Assembly: GCA_951406725.2 (NCBI GenBank)
Contig: OX597815.1
Coordinates: forward strand, 205,592,001-205,656,000
DNA length: 64,000 nt
Source: Octopus vulgaris
Lineage: Eukaryota
Reading direction: 5' to 3'
A program made the position numbers and the translations under genes. This document shows positions 26,145-39,542 of the stretch, piece after piece. Every line of letters begins with the position of its first letter. The first letter of the stretch is position 1. Below the pieces are notes generated by a model. It was given only the letters and a program-made list of their open reading frames with translations. It did no database searches and was not told the origin of the DNA.

Positions 26145-27133
26145 TTATGGGCAAATTGTTGAGAAATGTATTTGTCTTAAATCAGGGATTAATTTACTGT
26201 ACAGTTATAATTATATATAAAATATTCAAACCATAACCAAAATTATTTCATACTGTATGAGATTGTGTATGTGCATTCTTTCCTGTGCCTTATATATATT
26301 GTATTTTCCAGCATAAATGTTGAATTTTTCAGACCAAAATTTACAGCCAGAAAAACTAGGCCAGTTTATACTCCAAGATGACTTTAGAGGATTCAAAATT
26401 CCATGTAAAATGCAGCGGGATATGGAAAGATAATGATGATGTGTTAATGTTTACACTGTGTACCACATGGATTTGTATGCAGAAAATACTGTATTCTGGT
26501 GTAAAATATAAAATATATATTCCATTTAGGGAATTGTTTGGAAGATTTATACAGTTTAAAGTTTCTCTTATTTACAGCATATGTCTACCATCCTTTATTG
26601 GTTAAGCTATATAATCTTCAACTTTTATTTTTATGTGATGAAAAGGTCTGCCATCATCTTATCTTGATTTGTCATCTTAACAGATTCTAAGATCTGTCCT
26701 TAATTACTTTGGTATATAAGTGGATATTTTCTATAAAGCCATCAATATTCTTTATAAAGTTGTATGAACTGCTATCAAATATTTCCATTTGAAAATGTGA
26801 TTTAAGTTAATCTAAACTGAATCCACTTCATCTAAAATTCGATATCCTGTCTGGTTACAAATACAGACAGTTATATCACTATTCTTTTATTTGTTTCAGT
26901 CATTTGACTGCGGCCATTCTGGAGCACCACCTTTTGTCGAACAAATCAACCCAAGGACTTAGTAAGCCTAGTACTTATTCTATCAGTCTCTTTTGATCAG
27001 TTTCTTTCTACAGTAATAACCGTCTCTATTTGGAGAATTATCAAAATAAAAAAAAAGATTAATAAATAAAGGCATTTTCCTGTGTACATTGAAGGCAGTT
27101 CTACAGATGTATATCACTGTATAGATAAACATA

Positions 27134-27434
27134 ACGATAAACGTTGCCCTTTTCAAGCCTAGCCAGGCTCATGGGCCCAGTTTCCCGGTTTCTGTGGTGT
27201 ATGTGTTCCCCCCAGCTGGACGGGACGCCAGTCCATCACAGCGTTACTCAAGAAACAGGAAGAGAGAGTGAGAAAAAGTTGTGGCGAAAGAGTACAACAG
27301 GGGTCACCACCACCTCCTGGAGCTTTTAGGAGTTTTCGCTCAATAAACACACACAACGCCCGGTCTAGGAATTGAAACCGCGATTCTCCGACCATGAGTC
27401 CGCTGCCCTTACCACTGGGCCATTGCGCCTCAAC
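27134..27434 (-). mobile_element. SINE with family-C head and an alternative tail
   Basis: 13-bp TSD ATAGATAAACATA (27121-27133, 27435-27447). Confidence 0.8.
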
Positions 27435-27489
27435 ATAGATAAACATATTCATACAAAAATGAATTTGTACAGCAGTATTATTTTTGATA

Positions 27490-27655
27490 AATACTACTCA
27501 CAAAGTAATGAGTTCACCTAAACATAAACACATTCATACAGGTGAGAATTAATATTGCTGTAATATTTGAGGTAAATTAATTTGTGTATGTGATAAATTA
27601 ACTATTCACACACACACACACGTATCTATGCTAAAGAGAATCTATATCACTGATA
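27490..27655 (+). pseudogene. Decayed C2H2 finger remnants downstream of the ZNF gene
   Basis: AAACATAAACACATTCATACAGGTGAGAATTAATATTGCTGTAATATTTGAGGTAAA reads [17 protein letters not shown]. Confidence 0.65.
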
Positions 27656-27825
27656 CAGTTTTTCATCTCTCCACAACTATTTGTGAGTAATCTTAACCTT
27701 AAATGTAGATAAAACAGATTTACCTGTGAATTATTCTTTCTCCTTTTTAGAACATTTAACCAAAACTTGTGACCAACCTAAACTGAAACTAGAATTCTGG
27801 TTTCAGTTTCTGATGGTCATGGTTA

Positions 27826-28046
27826 GGCGGCGAGCTGGCAGAAACGTTAGCACGCCGGGCGAAATGCTTAGCGGTATTTCGTCTGCTGTTACGTTCTGTG
27901 TTCAAACTCTGCCGAGGTCATTTTGCCTTTCATCCCTTCGGGGGTCGAAAAATTAAGTACCAGTTACGCACTGAGGTCGATGTAATCGACCTAATCCCTT
28001 TGTTTGTCCCCTCTATGTTTAGCCCCCTGTGGGCAATAAAGAAATA
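27826..28046 (+). mobile_element. SINE family B copy
   Basis: GGCGGCGAGCTGGCAGAAACG head and conserved core. Confidence 0.82.
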
Positions 28047-28279
28047 CGAATTTCTTTTGATCATAGATATGCTTAATTAAGATAAACAAAAACAACATTA
28101 AGGTTTCCTCAACTACACCCTAAACCTCTTCAACTTGTTCCCTTTTCTTACAATCCATTTCATACTTCTATTTAAATCACTCTACATGACCATCCCCAAG
28201 TGATGGCCTGTCACTCCTTATGCTGTTCCTACATACATTTATCACTATTACTCTCTTCTCTTTAACTAAACCCATCCTC

Positions 28280-28523
28280 AAAAAAAACGCCATCCGAGCG
28301 TAGCCGTTCGCCAGCCTCGTCTGGCACCTGTGTCGGTGGCACATAAAAAACACCCACTACACTCACGGAGTGATTGGCGTTAGGAAGGGCATCCAGCTGT
28401 AGAAACACTGCCAGATCAGACTGGGCCTGGTGCAGCCTTCTGGCTTCCCAGAACCCCGGTCGAACCGTCCAACCCATGCTAGCATGGAAAGCAGACGTTA
28501 AACGATGATGATGATGATGATGA
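28280..28523 (+). mobile_element. RTE 3'-UTR fragment ending in (GAT)n
   Basis: Reverse complement of the 18088/20977/52816 elements. Confidence 0.75.
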
Positions 28524-28699
28524 TCCTCACTCTCAATTCTTCCCTGTTTTTCTGTAAGTTTTACAATTAAGTCAGTGTAGTTACTTTCAAGTGCTAAAAT
28601 GGGTCTGAATTGGCAAATTGATTGTCAGCCATGGTGAAGTATCATAGAAATTTTGTTGAACCAGAGCTGTATATGCTCAGTGTTTTGATGACTGCATGG

Positions 28700-29840
28700 A
28701 CATCGACACACTCACCAGGCATCAACTCAAAGGCTTAATCCTATTTGTTCCTTTCTGCTTTAGAATTCACTTCTGCCATCCCCAAACCTTTATCAACTTC
28801 CTTGATATCTCCATCATCGTGATAACTTCCACCTGCCAACCTCTGCTCATTTTAAGCATTCCCCTTAGTTCTCCACTATGTTTCTTCTCATCCAGACACA
28901 TCAAATCTACAATCCTGTTCTCTCTATTCTTCTCACTTTACTGGCCATGCAACTTTGGTTCAGACTTCAAATCCAAATCTTAAGAAAGTAATCTTGGTTA
29001 GTTGTGAATCCCACACTCCAGCTGAGGGTGGGATCAACTTTACCACTGTTCTATATTCTGTATGCACAGCAACAGATTAGATCTAACTTCCCACTCAGCC
29101 ATCCCTCCACTGAAGTGCACACTTTACTACAATTACTAATTTCACCTCACAGACCCAATAACAGCCCCCGTGGAGGTGCAATGGTCCAGTGGTTAGGGAA
29201 GCAGACTCACAGTCGTAAGAACGCGGTTTTGATTGCCAGACTAGGTATTATGTTTATTGAACAAAAACACCTAAGTTCCACGATGCTCCAGCGGGAGTGG
29301 GGGTGAACCTCGCTGTACTCTTTCACCACAACTTTCTCTCTTTCTTCCTACTTCTGCCACAAAGCAGAGGAACCATGGTGTAACCCACTATGGTGTGGTA
29401 AACTTTCAGACCCTAGTCTAGATTGCGAATCCTCTGTACCCCAGGATGGTTCAGCTCTCCACCCATTAAAAAGCCACCATTTACGGAATGAGGATAACAA
29501 CGTGCAACCGCCAGTCTATCGCGTGTGGTGGGTGGATCTTCTGCCACACGCATTCTTAGTTGCTTAGAGTAGGCTCGAATTAGAGATTATTCTTTGTGAC
29601 TAATGGCATGAGTCCTGATTGGAAGAAGAAGAAGAATAACAGCCCCCTTTTTAGTACACCACCATTCCTTTGTTAAAAAGGGGTAAGAATATCTGACCAC
29701 TCAACCATACCCAATGATTTTCAAATGCACTCAACATCTATGCTATGCCTCTACTTTAGTAAAACCATAGCAATCACCAATCACTTTATGTTCAGTGATC
29801 CTGGCCGTCACATACATGGACCAACTGGAGCACACAGTGC
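28700..29840 (+). mobile_element. Highly decayed Penelope-like element (RT-thumb to GIY-YIG remnants), interrupted by a SINE
   Basis: INFLDISI, H.KS.I.FS motifs and an N-I-Y-A...Y..GQTG-like remnant near 29730-29830. Confidence 0.4.
29170..29634 (+). mobile_element. SINE with family-C head and a third, (GAA)n-ending tail
   Basis: 13-bp TSD AATAACAGCCCCC (29157-29169, 29635-29647). Confidence 0.78.
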
Positions 29841-29841
29841 T

Positions 29842-30280
29842 TAAGCTGGCATCTTTTTCTCTAGATATGTTGACGACCTCCTAACGCTTACTTTCTCCTG
29901 GGAGAAGGCCATCATCATGTTGCAGATATTCAACAACACCAATGAACACATAAAATTTGAAATTGAACATGCAGACAAATCTGAAGCCCTCTCTCTGCTC
30001 GATTTCCAGCTCAGGATTGCTCCATTTACATTATCTTTTACAAGAAAGCCACCAGCAGGAACCTGTTTGTGCACTATGAGTCGGCCCTGATGACTAGAGC
30101 CAGAGCCATTCATGTGTGAAATGAAGCTTGAAGTTGTAAATATAAGCAGCAGGTGCAATGACGCAACTGACAAAGTTCCCATGTCTATGACTATGGCTTT
30201 CAAGTGTTTTAACCCCCGACACTTTGAGAGAGTCATCTCCATCGTGTCAAATCGCAGCCAATTGGTGAACAAGAAAAGCA
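29842..30280 (+). mobile_element. Penelope-like reverse transcriptase fragment
   Basis: Frame from 29848 reads GIFFSRYVDDLL...NEHIKFEIE...LSLLDF, typical Penelope-like element (PLE) RT motifs. Confidence 0.7.
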
Positions 30281-31123
30281 CATACATGGGGTTTGATAAT
30301 ACATATATATATGTGTGTGTGTGTATATACATTTTTTAAAATCTTTTACTTGTTTCATTCGTTAACTATGGCCATGCTGGGGCATCACCTTAAAGAATTT
30401 CAGTCAAATGAATTGACTCCAGTACTTACGATTTTTAAGCCTGGTATTTATTCTATCAGACTCTTTTGCAGAACTCCTGAGTTACGAGGATGTGAAGACA
30501 CCAACGTTAGTTGTTGAGCAGTGGTTGGGGAGAAACACAGACACTAAGATACACACACACATAGCTATCTATCTATAGGACTGAACCCAGGACTGTATGG
30601 TTGGGGAGCAAACTTCTTACAACACAGCTACAAATATATATATGTATAGTCCCACCCATTCTAGCATAGAAGATGGACATTAAACGATGATGATGATGAT
30701 ATATATTAAACAGAAAAGTAGGTGTTTTTTGGTTGAATTCCTTTGATGTATTTGATCTGTAACAAATTGCGGACACCCTCTTGTTACAGGTCGAAGAAAC
30801 GATGTGATCCCATGACTAAGTCTGTTGAAAATCTGCGGCTGACAAAGTAATTATTCAAGAATTGCCCGCTAAAATAAATAAATAAAGTGAACTGGACCAG
30901 ATGTTATTTACACCACTGGGACAAAATATGAACAAATAATATTTTAGTTTAGTGTAAGAGAGCAGTTAATTTCATACAGCTGTTTTTGAAAGAAATGGTA
31001 AAAATGTCTCTCTGTATGATACCGTTTACAAGCGATCGAAGCATTGTGGTTGCTGACACAGTTATGTTAAAAATAAAGCTGTTATAACATAGAATAAAAA
31101 GGTGGTGAAGTTTCTTTTCCCAG

Positions 31124-31485
31124 TGTGGTAAAAAAAACTTGCTTCCCAACCACATGGTTCTGGGTTCAGTCCCCCTGTGTGGCACCTTGGGCAAGTGTCT
31201 TCTACTATAACCTCAGGCTGACCAAGGCCTTTTGAGTCGATTTAGTAGACGAAAACTGGAAGAAGCCCGTCGTAAATGTGTGTGTCTTTATGTCTGTCTC
31301 CCACCACCGCTTGACAATCGGTGTTGGTGTGTTTACGTTCCGTAAATTAGCGGTTTGGCTTAAGAGATTGATAGAATAAAAATGGAAATTAAGTACTGGT
31401 GTCGATTCATTCGACTAGAAATTCTACGAGTTGGTGCCCCAGCATGGCCGCAGTCTACTGACTGAAACAAATAAAAGATAAAAGA
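31124..31485 (+). mobile_element. Older SINE family A-like copy (related copies at 30343-30630 -, 35232-35555 +)
   Basis: Diverged but colinear with family A. Confidence 0.7.
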
Positions 31486-32412
31486 TTTACTCTTTCTCAT
31501 ACCATCTCCGTCAATTTTCTTTGATAATGAGAGTTATTTCCCTTGATAACTTATTTTGTCTTGGTTTAACTAATTATGTAAGTTTTCGTTTTAGTGTAAG
31601 GATTTGCTCCTTTGTTGCATGTCAGCCTCAAACCAACAAAATGTTATACATATATTTATATAGATATTTGCTTTCCTGTTAGATGTAAATTAGTTCTTAA
31701 ACGAAAACCTTTACATCATCTTGTGACCAGAACTACAAGTTGTGAGACTTTCGCTTTGAGGTCAGATTTTGGTATTGGAAATATTCAATATTGACACCAA
31801 TTCGGCGAAGTCCAGGTAGACGTGTCGAACATTCGACTCCGCTTTTTCTTTTGATTTATTTATTTTTGGCTAATCTACACGAGTGTGCTCCCTGCCCCCA
31901 CCGACTTCATTTCCTCATAACTTTCAGAAAAGTAGATTTTTTAAAATAAAATTTGTAACAAATACTCATCAGATGGTGTAGACTCCGATTATATCGAAAT
32001 CTGTTGTGAATGTTAATAGGAAAGAGCAATTAACAGCAAATAAATTAGACATAATTGTTTCCTGAAAAATAATGGCCTTCATCACAAATTAGCTTTAACC
32101 TGGGTCTCGTGAAGCTACAAAGCTCATTGAAATGTAGATGGATGTCTATAGAAGTGTACAAAAAGAATTTGTTGCTAGAAATATTCATTGTAAAGACATT
32201 TATGATGCTCATTAACCTTACTTTATTATTAGGTGTATGGTATGGCAAATAAGAAATAACATTTGAGGGTCTTGGAGAAAGGACTCTTTTGCTGTGTTCT
32301 ATGTGCAAAGCATTTTATTCAAAATTCAATTCAAATTGGTGATGTCTCCACTGAAATGGATGTGAGCACATTTGAGCAATTATTTTTAGATATAATATCT
32401 GTTTAACATCTT

Positions 32413-32690
32413 TATGTGTATGGAGGAGGACAGCTGTGTAAAGAAGAGCTGATCTCTAACTGTGGAGTGAACCTGTGGTAGAGGTAGGCCTAGTAAGACA
32501 TGGGACAAAGTGGTGAAGCATGATCTTCGAATGTTGAACCTCACAAGCAATGAGTAGTGACCAAGACCTTTGGCAATGTGCTCTGCTTAAGAGGACCCTT
32601 CAAGCCAAGTGCACCCATGCTGGTGGCATGTAACAAAATCAGCCTCTAAACGTTGGGTCTCACAGAGGCAAAGTGGCTGAGGTAGGAGTA
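32413..32690 (+). mobile_element. RTE LINE C-terminal fragment
   Basis: GRGRPSKTWDKVVKHDLR matches the C-terminus of the 55596-58335 RTE. Confidence 0.65.
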
Positions 32691-32804
32691 AAAGTCATTA
32701 TCATGAATTGTTAAAGAGATTCAAAAGCATACTGGTTTTGTGAATTTACTTATCATTGCTTTGAATGCACACTGATTAATGAACGGTGTGAGGTCTACTA
32801 GTCC

Positions 32805-33758
32805 CTGAGTAAAATGATTATGTGTAAGGGAGGTAAGTAGTTCTGGATTTGATGCAATTAGAGTAGATATAGATCTGTAATGTGAATGGTGTATGGGGTT
32901 AGTGGTATTAACTGAAAGGTTAGTAGTGTTCTGTATTATGCTATGCGTTCATATTAAGTTGTGGAAGATATACGAACATTAAAGGAAGTCAACCGAAATA
33001 CTAAACCAGACTTAAAAATACCCCCATACATTTCCACATGTAACCCTAGAAACAACGAAGCCTTCAACATTATCATCCAAAATCTTCCCATCCTCACAGG
33101 AGATAAAACAATGAACAAAATTTTAGGCTCACACAAACTTATCAAGAGCAAAATGCAACCTAAATCATTGAAAAAAATATTAACCAGTGCAAGACTATAC
33201 CCATTAACAGAACCAAAAGTGAAAAAATGTGGTCAACCTAACTGTGATACATACCCCCACCTTTTGGAGGGTTCAGAATTCCACTTTAAACAAGGTGAAA
33301 TATTTAAGATCAAATCAAATTTCACCTGTGCCTCGGAAAATCTATTCTATGCCATTACATGCTTAGGGTGTGGTAATAATTATATTGGCCAACCAGGAAT
33401 ATCACTCCATCGAAGAACCACTCTCCACAAAGAACAAATCCGCCACCCACAATACAGATAGATACAAGTTAGTGAACACATAGAAAGGTGTGCTAAGAAT
33501 CATAATCCTAATTTCCTAATTTTCCCCTTCTATCAATGTTCACAGAACACCTCAGTACAACAAAGAATGAATAAAGAGGCAACTTTCATCATTAAATATG
33601 TTCCACAACTTAATATGAACACATAATACAGAACACTACTAACCTTTCAATTAATACCACTAACCCCCATACACCATTCATATTACAGATCTATATCTAC
33701 CCTAATTGCACCAAATCCAGAACTACTTACCTCCCTTACACATAATCATTTTACTCAG
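32805..33758 (+). mobile_element. Penelope-like element 3' fragment: GIY-YIG endonuclease (ORF 32961-33461 and beyond) flanked by ~160-bp inverted repeats
   Basis: KCGQPNC linker, FTCASENLFYAITC..C.NNYIGQ...L..R...H; 32805-32966 is the reverse complement of 33601-33758. Confidence 0.8.
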
Positions 33759-33759
33759 A

Positions 33760-34704
33760 GTTCCAGAACTTATGAGCCAGAAACTACAGCCTAGAAGATG
33801 AGCCTCATCTTGGAAGATCTGTAGAGCTTGACAAGGACATCCTGCAAACCCTGGTGGAACAAAATCCCATTGTAACTGTTGAGGAAATTGCAGAGAAGCT
33901 TGGATTTGATCATTTAACCATTCATCGGCACCTGCATGCCATTGGGAAAGTCAACAAATTGGGTCAGTGTTTTGTTCACAAACTTTCCCAGTCTAATTAC
34001 ATCCAGAGAGTGTATGTGCGCTCTTCTTTGCTGTCACGTCTCACAAATGAACCTCTTTTGGACAGAATAGTGAGTGGTGATGAGAAATGGTTTCTCTATA
34101 AAAATGTCAAGTACCAGAGATAGTGGGTAGAGAAAGGAGAAACACTGGCACCCCAGGCTAAAGAAGGTTTTCACCCAAGTAAGGTGTTGTTATCTGTTAG
34201 ATATGAAAAGTTTAGTCCACTTTGAACTTTTAAACCCAAACCAAACGATAACAAAGGAGATCTACTACGAACAGCTAGAGTGGCTTAAGTCAGCACTAGA
34301 AGAAAAATGACCATCTTTGGATTCAAGACAAAAGGTGTTCTTCCATCAGGATAATGCTTGGCCACATACAGCGAGGATGACATTCCAAAGGTTGGTGCAG
34401 TTCGAATAGGGAGTGATGCCCCACCCACCATATTCACCAGACATTACCCCATCTGATTATCATTTATTCTGCAGTCTTCAAAATCATAAGGATGGAAAAG
34501 TATGAATTCTGTAGATGAGGTCAGAACAGCACTGGAGGAATATTTTCGTCACGGACAAATGAATTTTGTAAGTCTACCAGATAGATGGAAGAGCAGCATA
34601 GAAAATGAAGGAGGGTATATTTTAGATTAAAAAAGAACTTTATCTTAATTTTGAAAAGTAAAAGAAGTATAAAAAAACCACATTATTTATGGGATCACTC
34701 AATA
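33760..34704 (+). mobile_element. Mariner (DD34D) transposase pseudogene, 5'-truncated, right TIR present
   Basis: IVSGDEKW, FHQDNA, HPPYSPDITPSDYHLF motifs with stops; ends CATTATTTATGGGATCACTCAA-TA. Confidence 0.85.
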
Positions 34705-35679
34705 TATATATATCATTATATATATGAAGATGAGAATGTGTGTCTGTCTGTGTGAATCCCTAAAACTTGAAAACTTCACAACCAATTTCATTCAAATTTT
34801 ACACATGCCTTACTTAGGGTTCGTGTAGTGTCATAGGCCAAAAAGATTTTTAACTTCTTGCCTAGTGCAAGCCCAGAGCAATATCATATCTCCTCCACTA
34901 TTTCAGTATTATGTGTCAAAAGTGAAACAATAACATCTCTCTATTGTAATGTCAGATATTTTCACTTTAATACTGAAACTATTAAAGTGAAGCTATTATC
35001 TCACATATATACAGGCATACATACATATATATAATATGTATATATATTATATATACATGTGTAGATGTATATATATAGATATAGATGTATATGTATATGT
35101 ACATGTAATATGTGCACATATATATAAATCTTTAAAAATGTTTTAGCCCGAAGGCTGCGGCCATGCTGGGGCACCACCACTGAAAGTTAAGTTGCATCAG
35201 CCGGGAACATATACACACACACACATACATAGGTGCAGATGTGGCTGTGTGGTAAGAAACTTAGTTCCAAAATACATGGTCCTGGGTTCAGTACCATTGT
35301 GTGGTGACTTTGCATGTGTCTTCTGCTAAAGCCTCAGACCAACCAGAGCCTTGTCAGTGGATTTTGTAGACAGAAACTGAAAGAAATCAATCATATCGTA
35401 TATATATATATGTATGTATATATGTAAGTGTTTGTGTGTGCCTTTGTCTCTGTGTTTCTCCCTCATCACTGCTTCACAACTGATGTTTGTTTATTTACAT
35501 CTCCATAACTTACTAGTTTGACAAGAAGAAACTGATAGAACAAGTTCCAGGTTTATCAAAAAAAAAAAGCTCTAGGTAGTGTCTCATATTCTTGTTTGCC
35601 CATTCAATTGTATCTATCTTTGTGTGTGTGTGTATATATATATAAAATACACACACACACCCATACATGAGCATATTCA

Positions 35680-36555
35680 TATCTATTATATAAAAGCCAA
35701 TGTCTACATGTGTTACTTATACCATTCGAAAACTACTGCAACGATCCTAATGAAATTTGGAACACAAAATCCAAGCCTGAGGAGAAGGGTAATGCTGTGT
35801 GTTTCATACAATTTCATGGACCAAAATTACTGAATGGATCCTTATGATATTTGGAATGCATAAAGACGGGTATAATGCAGTATGTTTGGTTTGAATTTGA
35901 GATGGCTTAAAGTGGGCAGAACCCCCATGAAAATTCATAAATTTTCAATGTTGATGAAATTTCAACCATGGGTAATTGACACACATCAAGAAGTATTCTC
36001 AAAGTTTCCATTTCCCATGAGGATTCTAAGACTCCCTAATGGGGGCCTTAACTCCCAAATTTTAGTAATTTTTTATGATCCAAAACTACATCAACTGCAC
36101 TGAATGGATCTTTATGAAATTTGGAATGCATAAAGGTGGGTATAATGCAGTATGTTTGGTTTGAATTTGAGATGGCTTAAAGTGGGCAGAACCCCCATGA
36201 AAATTCATAAATTTTCGATGTTGATGAAATTTCAACCATGGGTAATTGACACACATCAAGAAGTATTCTCAAAGTTTCCATTTCCCATGAGGATTCTAAG
36301 ACCCCCTAATGGGGGCCTTAACTCCCAAATTTTAGTAATTTTTTATGATCCAAAACTATATCAATTGTACTGAATGGAGCTTTATGAAATTTGGAAATTA
36401 TATTCTATGCATAAGGGCCACAACCCCCATGAAAATTCATATATTTTTGCTGTTGATGAACTTTTAACCATAGATATTAGATACAAATGAAGTAATATTT
36501 ATAAGTTACAAGTTAGAAAGACCCCTTCATGGGGACTTAACATCCACAATTTTAT
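35680..36555 (+). repeat. Helitron-like 5' end followed by a 270-bp tandem repeat (two near-identical units plus a partial unit)
   Basis: ATCTATTATATAAAAG start; TGAATGGA recurs at 35831, 36101, 36371; duplicate ORFs 270 bp apart. Confidence 0.8.
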
Positions 36556-37505
36556 CTAAGCAAAGACGAATAGTTGTACTCTTGGAAGCTGTGGGGTCAT
36601 CCGAGCATAGAAGATGAGCATTATTTGTAATTCAATGGTGAAACAGTGTAAGAGTTTGCTTTGACATACACTTAGATAGTGATTTCTGCAATGTGCTGCA
36701 TAAATTGTCAAGTAAATGAGAGGCATCTTTGCCTCCACTGTTTCAGCTGCAAAGTGTTGAGTAAAGTTATTTGATTGCAGATCTCCTTTCAGTCTTTTTA
36801 TTATCACTGGGTCACACATAGTCCCCCGATGGTAACATTGATTTCAAGGCCTTCCCAGATGAGTGACTGGTTATTGAAAGACATTTATAGATTGTAAATT
36901 TATTCTGTTCAGTTACCTATTGGTATAGTGGTCATTTGCTAACTCCAGAGGTGACACTTTCATTTCCCCTTAGCCCTCACATCACACAGTAGTTAATGTT
37001 TGAGTTGGGTCATGCCCTTCCAATTGCTATAGATCTGTAATGCATCTTACGGCTGTGCCTATATATATCTAATATATTATATTATTTTACGGATATTTGT
37101 CCTCATCTTGTTTGTTGTTAACACAACATTTCAGCTAATATACTGTCCAGCTTATGTACACACATTTTATGTGTAGGTATATAAGAATTGTGCCTGTGAG
37201 GACACAGAGAGGACTCCAATAAATATTCACCACGTACATACAGACCCAGACGCACATGTAACCAAAGACATGTAGACGTGTTTTCTCAGAAAATGAAGAA
37301 ACCATTTTACTTCATTACAGAAGTAGGAAGAAAATATTCTCAAATATATTAAAATCAACAAACATAGATTACCTTGTTTATAACCTTTTTTTTTTTTTGT
37401 ATGTATGATAATATTTTAAGTAACCTTTATTTCGTGCTCATCATGCTTCTTGCTACCTAATGTCACATTCTCTTCAAACGTACACAAGTGTGTATAACAA
37501 AACAT

Positions 37506-37822
37506 GGATCTTTTCGGTTTGAACGGCAGTTTTTAACATAATTTCTAGGAAACTAAAAAATTTTAAACTTCGTATACTGGTAGAATGTATTTATAAAACA
37601 TCTTTTTCTCCTGGCCTTGAGAAAATTCTATAGTTTGTAAGATATTTGTTGTTTTTTTTCTTCAATTTCAACCAATCAATGACGTCCATTTAGGTAAACA
37701 ACATTCTGTGCCGTATGACTATGTCCCTCGTTTAAGAAACAGATTGAAATGCAATAGATCGATACTAGGGTCATAATTATGGGTGACAATTTCATATGAC
37801 ACCGTTCAAACCGAAAAGATCC
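37506..37822. mobile_element. GG-terminal MITE family M1 (TIR GGATCTTTTCGGTTTGAACGG)
   Basis: TIRs at both ends and 8-bp TSD CAAAACAT. Confidence 0.88.
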
Positions 37823-38669
37823 CAAAACATTCTGTATGAATCCATCCACAAGTGGATGAGCTTCTTTGAAAGGCATATGGTTGTATAACAATACTGTACA
37901 ACATGAAACTATGTAATGGTACCGACCAGCATAACATTCAAGAACTCAAAGGTGTATAAAACAACTCCCTGCACACACACACAAAAAACAACTAGATGAT
38001 GTTGACTTCACACCTGCCTTTAGATATTTCGTTAAGGCCCACGGCTTGCATATCTAGAAGTTTCTTGTCACCGAAGATGAGATGAGACAAAGTCTTTTGA
38101 AATCATAACATTTTCTAGATAAACATTATCGATATTGTGACGTCATAATGACACTAGCGAAATTATTGAAGTCTTTCGACGGCACGAATGATACGTAAAT
38201 TCATTTCCCACATACATTCACACATTTATATATGTCCATGCATCTCTCAGTACCCTATCTTTTTCCTTCCATACACACACATAATTCTGTCTTTCACTAT
38301 CTCTTTCTCTCTCCCTCAAATAAATCGGCAAAGCTTATGCATACGCATAAAATGCCTAAGAGCCAACGAGTGAGCATCTATGTGGTTGCTAGGCATGATA
38401 AGCATAGCAAGCAAATCCCACCTCCAATCTCAACATATTCTTTTATAAAAGTACATAGTCGTGAAGCAAGTAAGGAACTACATCCAAACACAAATTCTTT
38501 ACTTTGTAATGTTTCTATGTATGGTTGGAGATCTGTTTTCGGAATATCATCACCAAACCCGACACCAATCCTCCCTAAATTTCTTATCTCTCCCATTCAT
38601 TTGCCCATCCGTAGGTGTTTGCTCAATAAGCCTAGAATGTGTTATGATATTTAGCAGGTACTCCGATAA

Positions 38670-38885
38670 AACTTAAGGGTTTGTTTGGCAAGTGGTTGTG
38701 GTAGCTAGGTATGTAGAACAGAAGGTTATGTCTAGTTAAGAGTTCTAGTTGTTTTGGAGAGGCAGCTGTGTGTCACTTTAGATGTAAAGGGGATTTAGTT
38801 GTGAGGGTACGTTACTTCTTGTTTGTACTATTTGAAACCCAGGTGTGTTGAGTGCATGGAAATCTCCCTCCAATTATGTTGTTTC
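38670..38885 (-). mobile_element. LINE APE-endonuclease fragment, homologous to 62750-62975
   Basis: Reverse complement aligns with the DITFCSTYLATTT segment at 62900. Confidence 0.55.
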
Positions 38886-39542
38886 TGAGCGTTGTGTATC
38901 GCATTAGTTCTTTTGCAAATATACTTCGTAAACTACACCAGCCAGAAATCGCGAGAGCATCTTTGAAAATTACGCGCAAGTTTGTTTACATTCACTTTCG
39001 CTATTTTGAGTTTCTTCTATTTTTATTTATTTTGCTTACATCGTTTACTGTGAAATTAGTAGCTAATAAAATTATTTATTATAGTGTATCACTGTTTCTT
39101 ATTTACTGTACCCTCAAAGGACATCGTGCCAAAGAAATTAATGAAGAAAAATTCGTCTATCTTAACATTCTGAGTTTAAATTTCGCCGAGGCTGACTTAA
39201 CTTTTCATCCTTTCGGGATCGATAAAATAAGTACCAGTTGACCTCTGGGGTCGATGTTATCGACTTACCCCGTTCCCCAAATTTGCTGGCCTTGTTCCAA
39301 AATTTGAAATCAATATAAACCTGGCTCCACAAAGAGTAGATTGTGAAAGACGCTCAGTTGCGATGATTCGAAACTTATTCTCTGTATATTGCCGAATTCA
39401 TAAATAAACGATTCTGCATTGTACGACACATACACATGAACAGGTGTACACCATTCATTAAAAAAAAAAAAAAATGGGGGAAATTACAGAAAGACGAATT
39501 GCTGGATCTAAAATCTAAACACTTAAGGAATACTGAAAAAAA

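Noticed and set aside
37115-37153. Possible hammerhead remnant (GCTGAAATGTTGTGTTAAC on - strand)
   Set aside because: The CTGATGA half is missing.
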